Source of the DNA: Hemiscyllium ocellatum
Taxonomy: Eukaryota
DNA: 64,000 nucleotides
Direction: 5' to 3'
NCBI RefSeq assembly: GCF_020745735.1
Contig: NC_083435.1
Coordinates: forward strand, 8,401,201-8,465,200
Part shown: one piece after another, positions 1 through 13,639 of the stretch
How positions within the stretch are numbered: the stretch's first letter is position 1
Layout: each line of letters begins with the position of its first letter
Program-made: the position numbers and the translations under genes
The notes under the pieces: generated by a model
The model's database searches: none
What the model was told of the DNA's origin: nothing
Seen by the model: the letters and a program-made list of their open reading frames with translations, nothing else

Positions 1-90
1 GAATAGTGTAAGTTAGATGGGCTTCAGATTGGTCTCACAGGTCGGCGCAACATCGAGGGCCGAAGGGCTTGTACTGCACTAATGTTCTGT
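1..90 (+). mobile_element. CR1 LINE 3' tail
   Basis: ggtcggcgcaacatcgagggccgaagggc...tgttct resembles the CR1 3' ends at 27180-27260 (reverse) and 55200-55260. Confidence 0.6.
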
Positions 91-179
91 GAAATGGCCA
101 AAATGTCTCTGTGGAAGCTGCTAGATATGAGGTTTGGGCAAAGTCTGGGACTTAGTTAGTGGAACAGGCCTAGAAACAG

Positions 180-1260
180 CTGCAAAGTATTGTGGGAGGG
201 AGTTGAACCTCCCAGGTTCCTGAGAAATACCTTTTGAGCCGTGTGCACGTTTACCACCGAGACCTGTCAAATCCGGGCCTGGTGCTAGGATCCCCTGGTG
301 AAGCCTGAGGGCCATCCAGGGAACAGGAGTCTGGCCTGGCTCAGCTTGGTTTTGGATTCTCCGTCCTGGAGGAAGGGGACACATCTCATCCTCTTCTCCA
401 GCTGAAAGCATTGGGCTCAAAACCCCAGGCCCGTGTGTCCCATTCTGAGCAAAGCCCAGGGGCAGGGCACTCGGGGAGGCCCAGGTTTGTCTGGCTTGGC
501 TCACGCAGGGAGATCCTGTTGTTCAACAATGTCTCTGTCTCTGAAACTGGGATCCCAAGCCGAGCTCGACTTGGGATCAGGAAGGAGCAGATTGCAAGAT
601 CCAGGGGCCTGGAGCTTGCTCCTCATGTGAAAGAAAAGAGGGAATATTGTGTCACGTCCAGTCACTGGGAACTCCAGGTCAGGCAGCATCCGAGGAGCAT
701 CGTCAGGAATAGATGAAGGGCTTTTGCTCGAAACCTCGATTTTCCTGCTCCTCGGATGCTGCCTGACTTGCTGTGCTTTTCCAGCACCACTCTAATCTAG
801 ACTCTGGTTTCCATCATCTGCCGTCCTTGTTTTTACCGGGAACTCCAGGACAGGGATCTCATCTGCCCTTTTCCTACTTGAATATTTAGTTACACTCCAG
901 CTCGAGGGTGTTTGATTGGATGCATGGGGAATATTACACGTTTCTCCTCATGGACAGGGGAATATTACTGTAAGCAGGGACGTGAGGGGACAGCTCCATA
1001 AATATGTTTTGGATCTAACTAACCTGTGGTGTCAGTACGTCCTAGTTGAGTTTTGCCAGAGGATGAACACTTCCAAGCAACACTTTGATACCTTCCACAG
1101 AAGAACAGGACAATGAAGGGAGAAAAAGCAGAGACTGATGACTGGGGTTACTGGGGGGACATTAGTCTTACACTCAAACTCCATTCTTGAGGATAAATTC
1201 TCTCTCACGTCCTGGTTATGGGGCCTGGGTTTATTGGCATCTGTCTGTTGTCTGACCAAG
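180..1260 (+). mobile_element. Possible highly decayed L1/Tx1-clade ORF2 C-terminal remnant
   Basis: Weak peptide resemblance only (LNLP, LFNN, WGILH) with many stops; interrupted by the insert at 679-837. Confidence 0.3.
679..837 (+). mobile_element. Short Penelope-derived insert with a degenerate hammerhead motif
   Basis: gatgaagggcttttgctcgaaacctcgat...gatgctgcctgacttgctgtgcttttccagc; 12-bp direct repeat GGGAACTCCAGG at 667-678 and 838-849. Confidence 0.75.
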
Positions 1261-1780
1261 GTTGTGGGCTCAGGGACTGGAGAGCGGGAAAGTGGCTGAA
1301 GATGTTTCTGAAGCGACTGGATAAGGTGAATGGAGCAGATTCACAAGTGGAGTCATGTTCTTTGGGAATAATATCAAATTAAAGTTTGTAATGAAATCAG
1401 ATTTTTTTTTACAGTAAAGAAAGTTCTGTCTTTGTTATTTAATGCATCTAGTGTTTCACCTTGTAACCAGTTGTGAGGTGAACCAATGTGTTGAGCTTCA
1501 AACCAGGAGGTGTGAAGATGGAGTTCTGAAGAGAGAAGGATTTAGACTGAGGACAACATCACTGAACAAAACAGGGACACACACAGAGAATTGTCAGGGC
1601 CTGTGGCCAAGGAGGGGCTAACCACCAGACCCTTTGACCAGAGAAACAGACTACAGCCTGTCCTCCTGGGGATGTGTGAATGACCACCTCCTGCCCTCCC
1701 AGGATCCAGCAATCACTCCCATTGCTGGCCTTCCCCTGGAGACTGCCCCCTGCTGGAAGCAGGATCTGATCACATCAAGG

Positions 1781-2232
1781 TCAAAGAGTCAAAGAATCAG
1801 ATAGAAGCAGACCCTTTACTGACTAAGTTTCCCAATCTAAAGTAGTCCACTTGCCTACACTTTGCTCATATCCCTCCAAACCTTTCATACTTGTGAACTT
1901 ATCCAAATGTCTTTTAAATGTTGTAACTGTACCTGCATTCCTCACTTTCTCTGGCAGTTCATTCCACACACAAACTACAGTCTGTGTGAAAAAGTTGCCC
2001 CTCGTGTCCTTTTTAAATCTTTCTACTCTCATCTTAAAATATGCCCTCTAGTTTTCAACTTCCCTACCTTAGGGTAGAGACCCTTGATATTCACTTTATC
2101 TATGCTCCGCATGATTGTATAAACTTCAATTTGGTCACCCCTCGACCTCCTATGCCCCAGTGAAAAAAGACCCAGTCTTTCCAATCTATTTTTATATCTC
2201 AAAACCTCCATTCCCAGCAACATCCTGGTAGC
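1781..2232 (-). mobile_element. CR1 LINE 3' fragment
   Basis: ORF peptides RLERLGLFSL, RGNFFTQTVVCVWNELP, TFKRHLDK are typical of the CR1 ORF2 C-terminus. Confidence 0.85.
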
Positions 2233-3877
2233 CCTGCATTGATAACTCAGGTGACCCAGTTTAAGTAATTGATTTATTTGCCAAGGGAGCAGGGTCAGAA
2301 ATAGGTATAATGTCCCACCCACAACGACATTGCTACTGACACTGGAATTGTCACTTGTTCAGTCCCAAGTCATTTGACAGAATACCTCATTGTTAGAAAT
2401 TACAAACTAGACCAAGAGCTTGGCTGGTCGTGAGAAAGATCCTTCCTGTCAGATCCTCCCTACTAGTTCAGTGTCACCCTTCACATGCTATCTTGCGATA
2501 TCCAATTTGAAATGTTTTGTCTGTGATGTTGACCTCATAAGGGATGTATTTTTTCAACAGTGTCTGTTCTAATCATACGCAGCACAACATGTTGGACAAG
2601 GACTAGTTGAATTTTCTTCCAAATGTTGTAAATTCAGGTCTGATAAGACATGGAGAGGTGTGTTTATGGTCCTGAGCACGTGCGAATGATCTGTCATAAG
2701 CAAGATGTCACAAAATACCTATTGTTGTCAATGTCAGTTTTTGGTGAGTTAATACAAGATTAGTACTGAAGTGGAAGTTATACTCTCTGCTTTGTTTCAT
2801 TGATTCCAAAGTACATGTAAGGAGCTGAGCACATTGAAGGCAGTGAATCTGTTGCACGGTCAATGGGGTATGGGATTTTGAAATCAAGACGTTCAGCCCC
2901 TGTTTGGGTACTTAGTTAACCGAGTGGTCTTCCAAAATCTAGCACGTAAACCTTGTCCAAGCTCACCAAATCTGGTTCATCCATCTCTCCTGTTCTCTCT
3001 CAGGCTCCATTTATCTCCCAGACAAATCCCAGAAATGCATTTTTATATTTTCTTATCTACTCCAGTCATTTTTGGCCTTTTCCATGATCGGGTTTCTTCT
3101 CTGCGCTTAGAATTCAGTCACAGATTTTTCACCTCTAACTCCTGACTCATGTCAAATCCCAAACTGGGGGATATCATCCTCCCAACCTTGGATCTGTTGA
3201 ACATCACACAAGAACAGCAATGTAAAATTTCCCCAGTGCGTGACAGGAGCATAGAAGTATCCAGGCTGGTAGACTCAGAGTCGTTGGAGTCATACAGCAT
3301 TCAAACAGACCCTTTTAGTCAAACCAGTCCATGCCAAACATAATCCCAAACTAAACTAGTCCAACCTGTCTGTTCCTGGCCCAGATCCCTCCAAGTCTTT
3401 CCTGTACATTTACATATCCCAACACCTTTTTAAATGTTGTAATTGTACTTATGTCCACACTTCCTCAGGAAGTACATTCCACGTGTGGACCACCCTCTGT
3501 GTTAAAAAAAATTGCACCTCATGTCTTTTTAAAATCTCCTGTTCCTCACCTTAACAATGCACCCCTAATCTTACAATTCCATATCTGAGGGAAAAGACAA
3601 CTACCATTAACCCTATTTATACCTCTCATGATTTTATAGACTTCTATAAGGTCACCTTTTCGACCTCCAACATTCCAGTGAGAAAAGTCCCAGTCTACCC
3701 AGCCACTCTTTCTTACTCAAAACTTCCTTACTGGGCAACATCCTGGTAAAGCTCTTCTGAACCTTCTCCAGCTTAATACTATCCTTCTCATAACTGGCAA
3801 CCAGAACTGAACACAGTATTCCAGAAGAGGCCCCACCAATGTCCATGTACATGCTCAACATGACTTCCCAACTCCTA

Positions 3878-4064
3878 GGAGAAAGTGAGGACAGCAGATG
3901 CTGGAGATCAGAGCTGAAAATTTGTTGCTGGAAAAGCGCAGCAGGTCAGGTAGCATCCAAAGAACAGAAGAATCGACGTTTCGGGCATGAGCGTGCAACA
4001 ATGAAGAACAGATTCCTGAAGAAGGGCTCATGTTCGAAACGTCGATTCGCCTGTTCTTTGGACG
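3878..4064. mobile_element. Fold-back Penelope-derived insert with hammerhead
   Basis: Inverted arms (gaatcgacgtttcgggcatgagc / gggctcatgttcgaaacgtcgattc); 13-bp TSD TTCCCAACTCCTA at 3865-3877 and 4065-4077. Confidence 0.85.
4012..4047 (+). ncRNA. Minimal type-I hammerhead ribozyme, near intact
   Basis: attc-CTGAAGA-A-GGGC-tcat-GTTC-GAAA-C-GTC-gatt: core intact, stem II with G-U wobbles, one stem I mismatch. Confidence 0.65.
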
Positions 4065-5699
4065 TTCCCAACTCCTACACGATGAAGGCAAGAGTACTAA
4101 ATGCCTTATTAACCACCTTGTCTAAATGTATGCTTATTTCACCTATTTTTTTTTCTGATCCAACTCTCTTTCAGTTGTGAAGAAAGGCCCCGCCTAAATT
4201 ATCTGATCATCCGAGTGTGGCAGCATTTTCTGTTGGTGATTCTGCCTCCAGTCCCAGGTCTCCAGCAGCAGGGGCTGAGACTGCACACTCAGACTGGATT
4301 GACCTTTGTACTGCTCACCATCACCATCTTCTGGCTGAAACTGGCACTGCAACTAACTCTGGGCTAAATTTTCACTTTTGTCACCGGGAACAAAACAGGC
4401 GTTAGCGGATCCGCAGTACTTTTCACACCCAGCAAAGTGACCATGGGCAGAATCTTCCCAGTCTCTGAATGATGCGGAGTATAGCAAGAAATTAGGGAAA
4501 ATCTGTAGAGGCACTTGTCAACAGCAAGACAAAAACCTCACAATTTCCAACCAAATGTTCATTGCTGAACCTAGATTCTCATTGGTGAGCAGCAGGGGAC
4601 CTATTGGCTTGGGTTATAACTCATTAACAACCTCATTATAACGTAATCTCACCTTATCAATATGCAACTTCCCATACTACAAAGAGACTAGACACTGAGA
4701 ATTTCTGACATTATTTAAGTCTCAGCTTGCATTTGCTCATCCAGACCTCTGTCTTTGATAACTGGCACTAATATCTCAAGGCACCATCCATAGACAGTGA
4801 CTATGGACATGTATCCCACAGTTGTTGGCTATGATATAAACCACCAGCACCATCGTGGCACATCTCTGTTCTAATTACAGTACTCATTTACAATTCAATA
4901 CTGCGCTTTGGAGGGCACCAGAACCTATTATCGGAATACTGCAGAAAGGACACTTTATACCCAGTTCATGGATTGGACCAGTGATGCTCATAGTATCTAT
5001 TTTGTCTTGCTGTTTACAGCAGACACAAAGCCAGGCAGCTTTTCATACTTCCCAGCAGCCATTGTTGCTGTATCATTCTCATTAATCTCAGATCTATAGC
5101 ACATTCAGCAGCCTACATGGTAAACATACTACATATGCATCACCCAAATGACCATATCTCAAAGTTGAAGGGGAGTAGTCTTCGGACAAGTCATGGTGAA
5201 GGGATGTTGCTCACAGCATGGGCTTGGGAACAGTCAGTCACTGCTTGGTGAGTTTACAGTCAGGATATCTGTTTCACTACATTTGAGAGAGTCAGTACAT
5301 TACACTACAGTTAGCCCTGCAGCTCCAATGCAACTAGCCATGTGATTCATAGACAGTCAGCTGGGAAAGCTGCAAGGGGAGTGGTCATGGGTTTGATCAT
5401 GACCACTTCACACTGGGAATTGGAGACAGCAACCTGGCATGCAAAGGATAGAAAGGAGCTGAAGGGAGAAAAATAAGGGACAGAGTTGTGCATGGGATGG
5501 TATGGGAAGAGAGGCATTATCAGCGGCCACCAACACCATGGCCTTGATGGGGAAAGTGTACATCATGATGAAGTGCAGCAATCATGATGAAGAGAAGGAA
5601 TCACAAAAAAAACCAAAAATCACAACAAAAAGCACAACGAATCTGCAGTGATGGGGGCTCAGGGAGTAAGAATGAGAGTTGGAATCATAATTCTAGGTG

Positions 5700-6400
5700 G
5701 GAATGTGTGATCCATAGTGATAGACTGCTCCGGGAAGTGCCAGGAAGACAGAGACCTGGACGTTCATGGGGTAGCAGTTGTGCTTTGTTGATGTTTGGAC
5801 TGTGGCTGGGATTCATAGTGAGAAGCACAATCTGTGTTACCTTCCATGAACGTTCGATTCCTAAATGTGACCTGTGAAGGAGAAATGGCTGCAACCACAT
5901 CCAGAGTGAACAGAGCGTACAACTGTGTGGGCTGTAACTGCTGGTCACAAGCAATCTCAACGATGTCATTGGTCAGTGCAGATTGCAGATCGATGGTCAT
6001 CTCCATGAAGCAGAAGTAATCACACATGGTGTATAAATAGTATCGTGAGGGCACAAAGCAAAAAGCTGATGCACAGGCTGCGCAGGGGCTTGGAGCTGAT
6101 TGAACTGTACATGTAATGCAACACTCTCCTCCATACAATGATGCCTTTTGTGAGTGATGTGCAGATAGGAGGAGATCAGTGCAGTACATAAGTAGCACTT
6201 ACTTCTCCATTGGTCTGTTTGCAATGTGACTGATACTGCATGCATTAGTAAAAGGCCCAATGTCAAAGTATCATGCTGAGGGAATTCCACAGCTTTCCTT
6301 GTCTGAATGCTCCATGTCCCACTGTAAGGAGCAGTTTGCAAAGCATTCACTTCAGAGTGATACAAATGCTGACTGCTCACATTTGTAAGGATCTGTTCTG
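5700..6400 (+). mobile_element. Possible very decayed PIF/Harbinger transposase remnant
   Basis: Only vague motif echoes in the expected order (VTSNLN, NDAF, a GFHS-like stretch); no intact ORF. Confidence 0.2.
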
Positions 6401-7229
6401 CACCCCATCAAAGTTTATTGTAAGTATGACTAATGGATCCAGCCACAGTTGAGTTATTGGTGCAATTACTGTGACTCAATAAGACACAGAGAAATGTAAA
6501 AGATAAGTGAGCAAGCCCAGAAGGAGTGGCAAACTCCAGTGGACTCTGGCCACAGGGCTGTGAGACAGAGCTTGATAAATTTCTACATATAAAGACTATG
6601 AAGGGATACAGGATCAGTACGGAAAATGCTATTGATCAACCATGATCTAATAGAATGATGAGTAGTCACAAGGAGCAATAGATATATTACCTGGCCTATT
6701 TCCTGTGTTTCTATAGACATTTTCACTCCTTTTCTCTGAGCAAATTCTCTTTCAAATGTGAGTTCACTGTTCCTGCACTTGACAGACCTTTGTAAGGCTT
6801 GCCATCACTGTCTCTCTCACTCCAAAATTAATTCTACAATGAACCGCAAGAGAAAGAACACTCTGGGCTGAATTTTTAATTTTTTATTAGCAGGTGCAAT
6901 ACAGGCAATAGCAGATAAACTGCCCATTTTATACCATGTACGTGATCAAATCATTTAAGTTGCTGAGCGGTCTTAACAGAGTAAATGTGGAAAAGATATA
7001 CCTCATATGGGGGAACCGAGAAATGGGATCAGTATTAAAAATCAGAAGTCAACCATTGAAGTCAAATTTCAGATGTCTTTTTTGTGCTCAGAGGCTCATG
7101 AAGTTTTGAAACAACCACTTTGAAATGGTGTTGGAAGCAATCACTGAATTATTTTGAGGCAAAGGGAGCTAGGTGATTGTTAAGGAAAGGGGTGAAAAAT
7201 TAGAGATAGGAGGAAATTGTCCTTGTATA

Positions 7230-7705
7230 TGAAGGATTTTGTTAAATTTAAGAGGGTGCAGAATACATTTACAAGTACATTGCCAGAACTGAAGAGTTTG
7301 AGATATAGTTTGTGGCTGAATGGGCTAGGACCTTTTCCCTGGAGCGTTGGAGATTGAGGGGTGACCTTATAGAGGTTTATAAAGTCATCAGGGGCATGGA
7401 TAGGGTGAATAGCCAAGGTCTTTTGCCCAGGATGCAGACGTTCCAAGCTAAAGGACATAGATTTAAGATGAAAAGGAAGATTTTAAAAAGGACCTGAGGG
7501 TTAACACTTTCATGCAGAGGCTGCTGCATGTAAGGAATGAGTTGCCAGAGGAAGTGGTGGAGGCCAGTACAATTACAACATTTAAAAGGAATCTGACGGG
7601 TATATGAATAGGAAGGTTTAGGACTAAATGCTGGCAAATGGGACTAGTTCAGATTAGGATGTCTGGCCATTGTGTCTAATTCCATGCTGTAGGAGTCTAT
7701 AACCC
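7230..7705 (+). mobile_element. CR1 LINE 3' fragment
   Basis: Peptide FSLERWRLRGDLIEVYKVIRGMDRVNSQGL; CR1-type 3' tail. Confidence 0.85.
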
Positions 7706-7849
7706 TATGAAATTTGATAATCAGTCAGATCAGTCATGGTTGTATTGAGTGGTAGAACTGGCTCCAGGGATGAAAAGCAAGATGGGACTAGCAAAACGTT
7801 TTAGTTAAATCATATCCATCATTAGAATCAGAATTATCCTCTTTCTTTC

Positions 7850-9270
7850 TTGCCTCTAGACTTTCCTCTGACCAAATCATTTTGTCTAATTTATCTGTCT
7901 CTTTGGAGTTCACCTTTTCTAAAATCCATCTTCATTTCCATTGTTATTTTCTATCTCATTCTCCTCCCTTTCCATTTCCTTTTCTTCTTCTTCCTTTTCC
8001 AGTTCTCTTTCTTCTTCCAGTTCATGTATTTTTATTTTCCTTTCTCTCTCTTTCCCTCCAAGTCAATTTTTTTAAAAAAATTCTCTTTTTTCCCCCCTCT
8101 CAAAATTAAGATTTTTCATTTTTAACTGTACCTTAGCTAATCCCAGCTGTGACATCAGACTTGTGTTTTCCATCTTCTCATTCTTCTCTTCGACATCTCC
8201 TTATGGGGTGTTGTTTTTACTTCTACCTTGAACTGATCTGCTAACTCTCACTTGAACTTTATTCAACAATTTTAAATAACTCACTGCTAAGTCTTCCACT
8301 CTGTGAAAACTCTCAGCAGCATTCAAAGTCATTTTAAAAATCCAAACTATGCTATGAACCCCTTCGCAACACTCCTGTGTTGTCTTTGAAACTTTCAAGT
8401 ACTAGTTTATTTTAAAGAGACACAGATCCCTCTTAAATTCAATGAATTCAAATCCTGGTCAAGAGCTTTGACTTGCTATGATTCCAGCCAATGGCAATAC
8501 TGGACAGGTCAGAAATTATAATGAAAGCTGGTCTGTTGGACCTTTTTTTAAAAAAAATGTAGTTAACATGGTATCATTCACTGAAACATAATCACACGAA
8601 GCAGCAGTTTCTTTAACAACAGAATAGATGTTTATTTTACAAAAGATGAAAGCAGAAGAAAAACCCTAAACTATTTAGAAATAGAACAGTTGTGAAAATC
8701 TTAACATGCTCAGTAAAACAAGGTTTCGACTGGTTACCCAATATCACCACTTTACAGCAATTCTAATCCATCCAAATTCACCACATTCTATCTCAAATCT
8801 TTGAGTTGACTTAACAGATTCTCCTCAGTTTCTGTCCCATAAACCTTGGAAAGTCTTCTTAGATCAATATTCACAAAACTGAGAGTTTAGCCTTACTCAA
8901 CTTCAAATGACTTTCAGATTTAAAACTGAACAATTCTGGTCTGGAAGTTGCACAACTTAAACTCTTCTACTGAGGTAACCTATTCTCTTCGCCACTCCAA
9001 AAAAAAAATCCTTTCTAGGAGAGAATCTACATTGCTTTTGACTACAGTCCTTTGAACTGCCCTAAAATTTTCAATCTCGAAACATGCCTTTGCTAAAATC
9101 AATCCTTGATTATCTTGAAGTGAAATACACCTCGCATAAACCACAACAGCATAAACAATTTCTCACCACAATAGCAAGATTAGGTCACTGCTCTGAAAGG
9201 ACTGTCTGACCTTGTCATTTCTTTTATAAAACACCTTACCAAAGTAACATATATCTAAAAGAAATAATTT
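7850..9270 (-). mobile_element. Possible LTR (Gypsy-like) gag/LTR remnant
   Basis: Purine-rich E/K/R coiled-coil-like reading on the minus strand; no diagnostic motif. Confidence 0.25.
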
Positions 9271-9277
9271 TAAAATA

Positions 9278-9419
9278 NNNNNNNNNNNNNNNNNNNNNNN
9301 NNNNNNNNNNNNNNNNNNNNNNNNNNNNNNNNNNNNNNNNNNNNNNNNNNNNNNNNNNNNNNNNNNNNNNNNNNNNNNNNNNNNNNNNNNNNNNNNNNNN
9401 NNNNNNNNNNNNNNNNNNN
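9278..9419. other. Assembly gap (142 N)
   Basis: Run of N. Confidence 1.
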
Positions 9420-9591
9420 AATTGGGAGCAAAGATGAAATCCCAGTTCCAGACATGGGAAGCAGGTGAAGAGATGGAGGATGGGACTGGGTGGGATTGAC
9501 TGAAGCTGGCAGTAAATGAAGAAAAGAGAGGCACAAAATGGTAGGTTTAAAATTATTGTTTTAATCCCCTGACATTTATATTTGTATTGGT

Positions 9592-9597
9592 TTTATT
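9592..9597 (-). terminator. Polyadenylation signal AATAAA of the TRIM-derived gene
   Basis: TTTATT on the plus strand, about 110 nt past the stop at 9710. Confidence 0.55.
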
Positions 9598-9709
9598 TAC
9601 AGTCAAATTGGGATTTTATAATTTATAATTTGGTTATTGTTGTCAATGGTGGCATGTAACACTCAAACTCTGACTCTAATCCTGATCCTGGAGTCAGATC
9701 ATTGTGAAA

Positions 9710-10278
9710 TTAGGGATGATGCGTCCAGCCTGAGGCCCGCCCCTTCTCCAGATCTGAATTGGGCCAGATTCTCAGAAAATGGTGAACATCCCAAGTCCAG
9801 AAGAAAGGATAAAGTTTCTCAGTGAATTTATTCTCAGTGAAGGTGTAGAGATGGGACTTGGTGTCCACGTTGTAAAATGAAACTGTCCCAGATTTATAGT
9901 TGAGACAAACTCTCACCTTCCTGGGGATCTGACTATTAGGGAGAGGAAGTCGAGAGGAGCAGTTTACATGAAACTGATTCCCATCCCATCCAATGGTCCA
10001 AAATCCAGTCTCTGGCATCAGACTCAGTCTGAACCAGTCCTTTCTCTCCACAGACTGTGTGGCTACACCCAGATTCCAGCACCGATTCTCTGCCACTTCC
10101 ACGTCCCAGTAAAGTCTCCCTGACTTGAATCCCTCTGATCCCAGCACACCAGGACAGTTTTTAAACCTTTTTGCATTGTCAGGGAGACACTTCCCTGTTA
10201 GAGTCCATCGTAAACTCTTCAAATCCTGAGTCACCTCAAGCCAGGGACTTGCTGTTTCCATATCTAAGGTCACAGAGA
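9710..10278 (-). CDS. B30.2 (PRY-SPRY) terminal exon of the TRIM-derived gene
   Basis: Acceptor ttttcttcccatag|TC; open phase-1 frame VSVTLDMETASPWLEV..VLGSEGFKSGRLYWDVEV..GFWTIG..TKSHLYTF..KLYPFFW to TAA. Confidence 0.92.
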
Positions 10279-10616
10279 CTATGGGAAGAAAACAGAGAAT
10301 TAGAGACAGTCCCTGGGAATCGTGGAGTGATTCTCAGTAATTTCCCCATTTTAAATTTGATTTCCTGTTTATTAATATCAAGAATAGCTGTACTGATAGG
10401 GTGGAAATGAGGATCGGATGATAGCACAAAATTCTGGGACAACCAAAGAAAGACTTCAGTTTCTAAAAAAAAGTTACACCCAGGTCAGTAAAATTAAATA
10501 TTAACTTCATTTATTTTTACTGACATTGTCTGACTTCTTGAGCAATTGTCAGCATTATACTAAAAATACTGATGTCCTGCATCTGCAAAATTTTGCTCTT
10601 GCACACAAGACAACCT

Positions 10617-10795
10617 TGGAGAAAGTGGGAACCGCAGATGCTGGAGATCAGAGTTGAGAATGTGGTGTTGTAAAAGCACAGCAGGTCAGGCAGCATCAGA
10701 GGAGATGAAGGGTTTATGCCTGAAACGTCTATTCTCCTGCTCTTCAATGCTGCCTGACATGATGTGCTTTTCCAGCACCGCATTCTTGACTCAAA
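10617..10795. mobile_element. Fold-back Penelope-derived insert, degenerate hammerhead
   Basis: gagaaagtggg..gcagatgctgg arm and gatgaagggtttatgcctgaaacgtc..gatgtgcttttccagc arm. Confidence 0.7.
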
Positions 10796-11280
10796 CCACA
10801 TACCTTGGTACTGTGTAAATCTAAGGGGATAGACATAACTAGAGCCTCAATATCTCTGTAAAGATCTAGTTTAAAATATCACAAAAGCAGCTTGCAATGC
10901 CTGGGTCTCAAACATTTCACATGTTGCTTACCAGATTATTGATTGCGGAAACTCCCCTGTAAGGCCAAATGTATAGATGTGCATGAATTTGTAAATGTGA
11001 GGATTTATGGAGGGGTGTGTTTACTGTCTTATTTGTGTGTATGGGTTCTTGTGAATGGATATTTATCTGCGAATAAGGGTGTACGTGTGTATGGCTTCCT
11101 AAAAGTAGAAAGCTTAAGCTGTTTGGATGGGGTACATCTGACATGATAGAAGGAACTGATGGTGCAAGTTGTGCAAGGGGTTACCATATTCTTCAAACCC
11201 TTCTTTGATCTGAGAGTGGTACCAAAGGAAAGGAGGATTGCAAATGCATGATGCAAAATGTACATATCATGAAAAACTTT

Positions 11281-11965
11281 GTAGTTCGGGTCGTGGGTGA
11301 GGTCGTAGATTTGTTCACAGAGCTATGTGGTTTTTTTTTTGCAGACATTTTTTCATCTCACTAGGTGACATCGTCAGTGCACCTCCAGTGAACTGCTGGT
11401 GGTCTGTCTCTGTTTTCTGGTACTTCCGGTTCTGTATCTGAGTGGTTTATATATATAGGGTCCAGTTCAATATGTTTACTGATTTGAGCTCCAGTTGGAA
11501 TGTGAGGCTTCAAGGAATTCTCTTGGGTGTCTTGAGTTTTGCCTGTGCTAGGATGGTCACATTGTCTCAGTTGAATTTGTGTCTTTCATTGTCTGTGTGG
11601 GTGGAAATGAGAGTGTATTGGTCATATCTGGCAGGGCTGAGCTGATGTTCAAGCACTCATGTAGTCAGTTTTCCTCCTGTTTGTTCTATGTAGTGCTTTT
11701 CACAGTCCTTGCAGAGTATCTTGTACATTAAATTCATCCTGTTGGATGTGGGTGTCGGGTCTTTAACTTTTGTGAGGAGCTGGTAAAAATGTTTACTGGT
11801 TTGTGGGCCATGATTCCTAGGGGTCTGAATGGTCAGGTACTTGTTTCTGATATGCCCCTGATGTACAATATGGTCACCATTGAGTCTGGTTGTGTAGTGT
11901 TTTCTTCTTTAGATTTATTGCGTTAGAACCAGAGAATAGTGCTCTTGGAATACCATTTCTGTTTA
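11281..11965 (-). mobile_element. Penelope-like element 3' part (GIY-YIG region and degenerate hammerhead)
   Basis: Minus strand reads KIPCKDCEKHYIEQTG (GIY-YIG), similar to 48720-48800; tgca-CTGACGA-tgtcacc..GAAA..tgtc-tgca at 11340-11381. Confidence 0.75.
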
Positions 11966-13417
11966 AATCCCTTGAATAATAAATCCCTCATTTTCACTCT
12001 GTTTCACTCCCTATATACCAAATATATCTTTCTTCAGGGAAGGAAATCAAAAATATGCACAGTATTCCAGGTGCAGACTCCCTAACGCTGTGTACATTAG
12101 CAGAAAGATGACTTTACTCCTGTTCTGAAATCCTCACGCAATAAAGGCAAATATACTCTTTACCTTTCTAATTGTCTGCTACACCAACATGTTGTCTTTT
12201 CGTGACTCATGTATTACAACGCCCAGATCCCTTTCAGCATCTTAATCTCTCCTTATTTAAGACACACTCTGCCTTTCTGTTTTTCCTACCACAATGGATA
12301 ACATCATGTTTTCCTTTTCTGTCATTTTCTTGGATGTTTGCTTGACCTGTCTCAAACCCATTATAGCCTCTCTTCACTCTTCTCACAACTTACATTCCTA
12401 ACTAGTTGGTGCCATCTGTGAGCTTGGAAATAGCACAGTTGGTTGCCATATTAAATCATCAAAAGAGATTTTGAACAGCTGGAACCCAAAAAAAAATCAT
12501 GTGCCCCACTAATCTTAGCCTGTCAAACTGAGATTGTCCTATTTATTTCTACTCTCCATTTTCTGGAAATTTGCCAATTCTCAATCCTTGCCAGTCTATA
12601 ATTCTCAGTAGCTTGGCCCCTTGCGAATCATACCCTAACTCCTGGGATTTACACCATCCTAATCAAAGGACCTAGATTCCTTTTGTTGAAAGACTAACAA
12701 CACAACCACAATTAATAAAATTATACGGCAACATTATCACCCAGTACTGGTCATACAGGAGAAAAAAAATACCATCAGGTTGACTCAAATGTTAATAATT
12801 GCTTAACTTACAAGAACCTCCAAACAAACAAATAGATTTGATATTATATCACGTTGTTCAAAGTGCTGCAGTACCACCAGATGTCAATGCTGATACTTTC
12901 TCTGGATGTATAAAAGATCTTTATCCAGGGTGAGTGGAATATTTGCCTAATGCAACTGAGAAAACACACCTTGCTAACACTTTCAGGAAGTGGACTGTAA
13001 TCCAGTTCTTGCTGCCCATATGAAAAGTAAGCACCGACTGAATCCATCTCCCTCACCACTCTCCCCCAACAGGCAGACAAAGCCTCATTTCCAGGCTCCA
13101 TGTCCTGGCCTTGGTCATGGACATGAGACCGGCACATAGGGTTGAGATGTACCAGGAGGATGGGGATTGGAGAGGAGGAAATGTTTCTCCTTGCTGACAT
13201 TTGCAAGTTATCGATGAGAAAATTCCAGTATTGACAATACTTCAGATGAAATGCTTCAGCAACGCATTCTTAGAACATAAACATGAAGATATTTATTCCA
13301 CTCCAGACCGTGCTAAAGTAACTAAACAGAAGTTGAAAACAGTCCCTTGGACATTTTATACATAATGTATCTAAAAGGAGGTACAAATGGGAAAAGGGTA
13401 TCAAAATAAATGTTTAC

Positions 13418-13533
13418 CATGCTTGAATGTATCCAGGTTTTCTCTCTCAACTGTGTGTGGTAAAGGACCAGTGAATTTTCCAGTGGACATCATGTCACCT
13501 TCTAATGGCAGATCATTAATTTCATTGCCTGTC
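13418..13533 (-). CDS. TRIM-type 116-nt linker exon
   Basis: ttaatatttgcag|G...CATG|gtaaac; phase 2 to 1; TGNEINDLPLEGDMMSTGKFTGPLPHTVERENLDTFKH, open and in frame with the B30.2 exon. Confidence 0.85.
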
Positions 13534-13639
13534 CTGCAAATATTAAACAGAACAATATTTAAATATCTGGAGTCAGCCATATGACCCCTCAAATCAGCTC
13601 TGCCATTGAATAAGGTCACAGGAGATTCTTATATATTTG

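Larger units (their letters stand above)
3286..4130 (-). mobile_element. CR1 3' fragment interrupted by a fold-back insert
   Basis: Peptide KLEKVQKSFTRMLP...RLGLFSLECWR; insert at 3878-4064. Confidence 0.8.

Noticed and set aside
7850-8125. Phe/Leu-rich membrane-like ORFs
   Set aside because: Low-complexity pyrimidine strand opposite a purine-rich repeat remnant.
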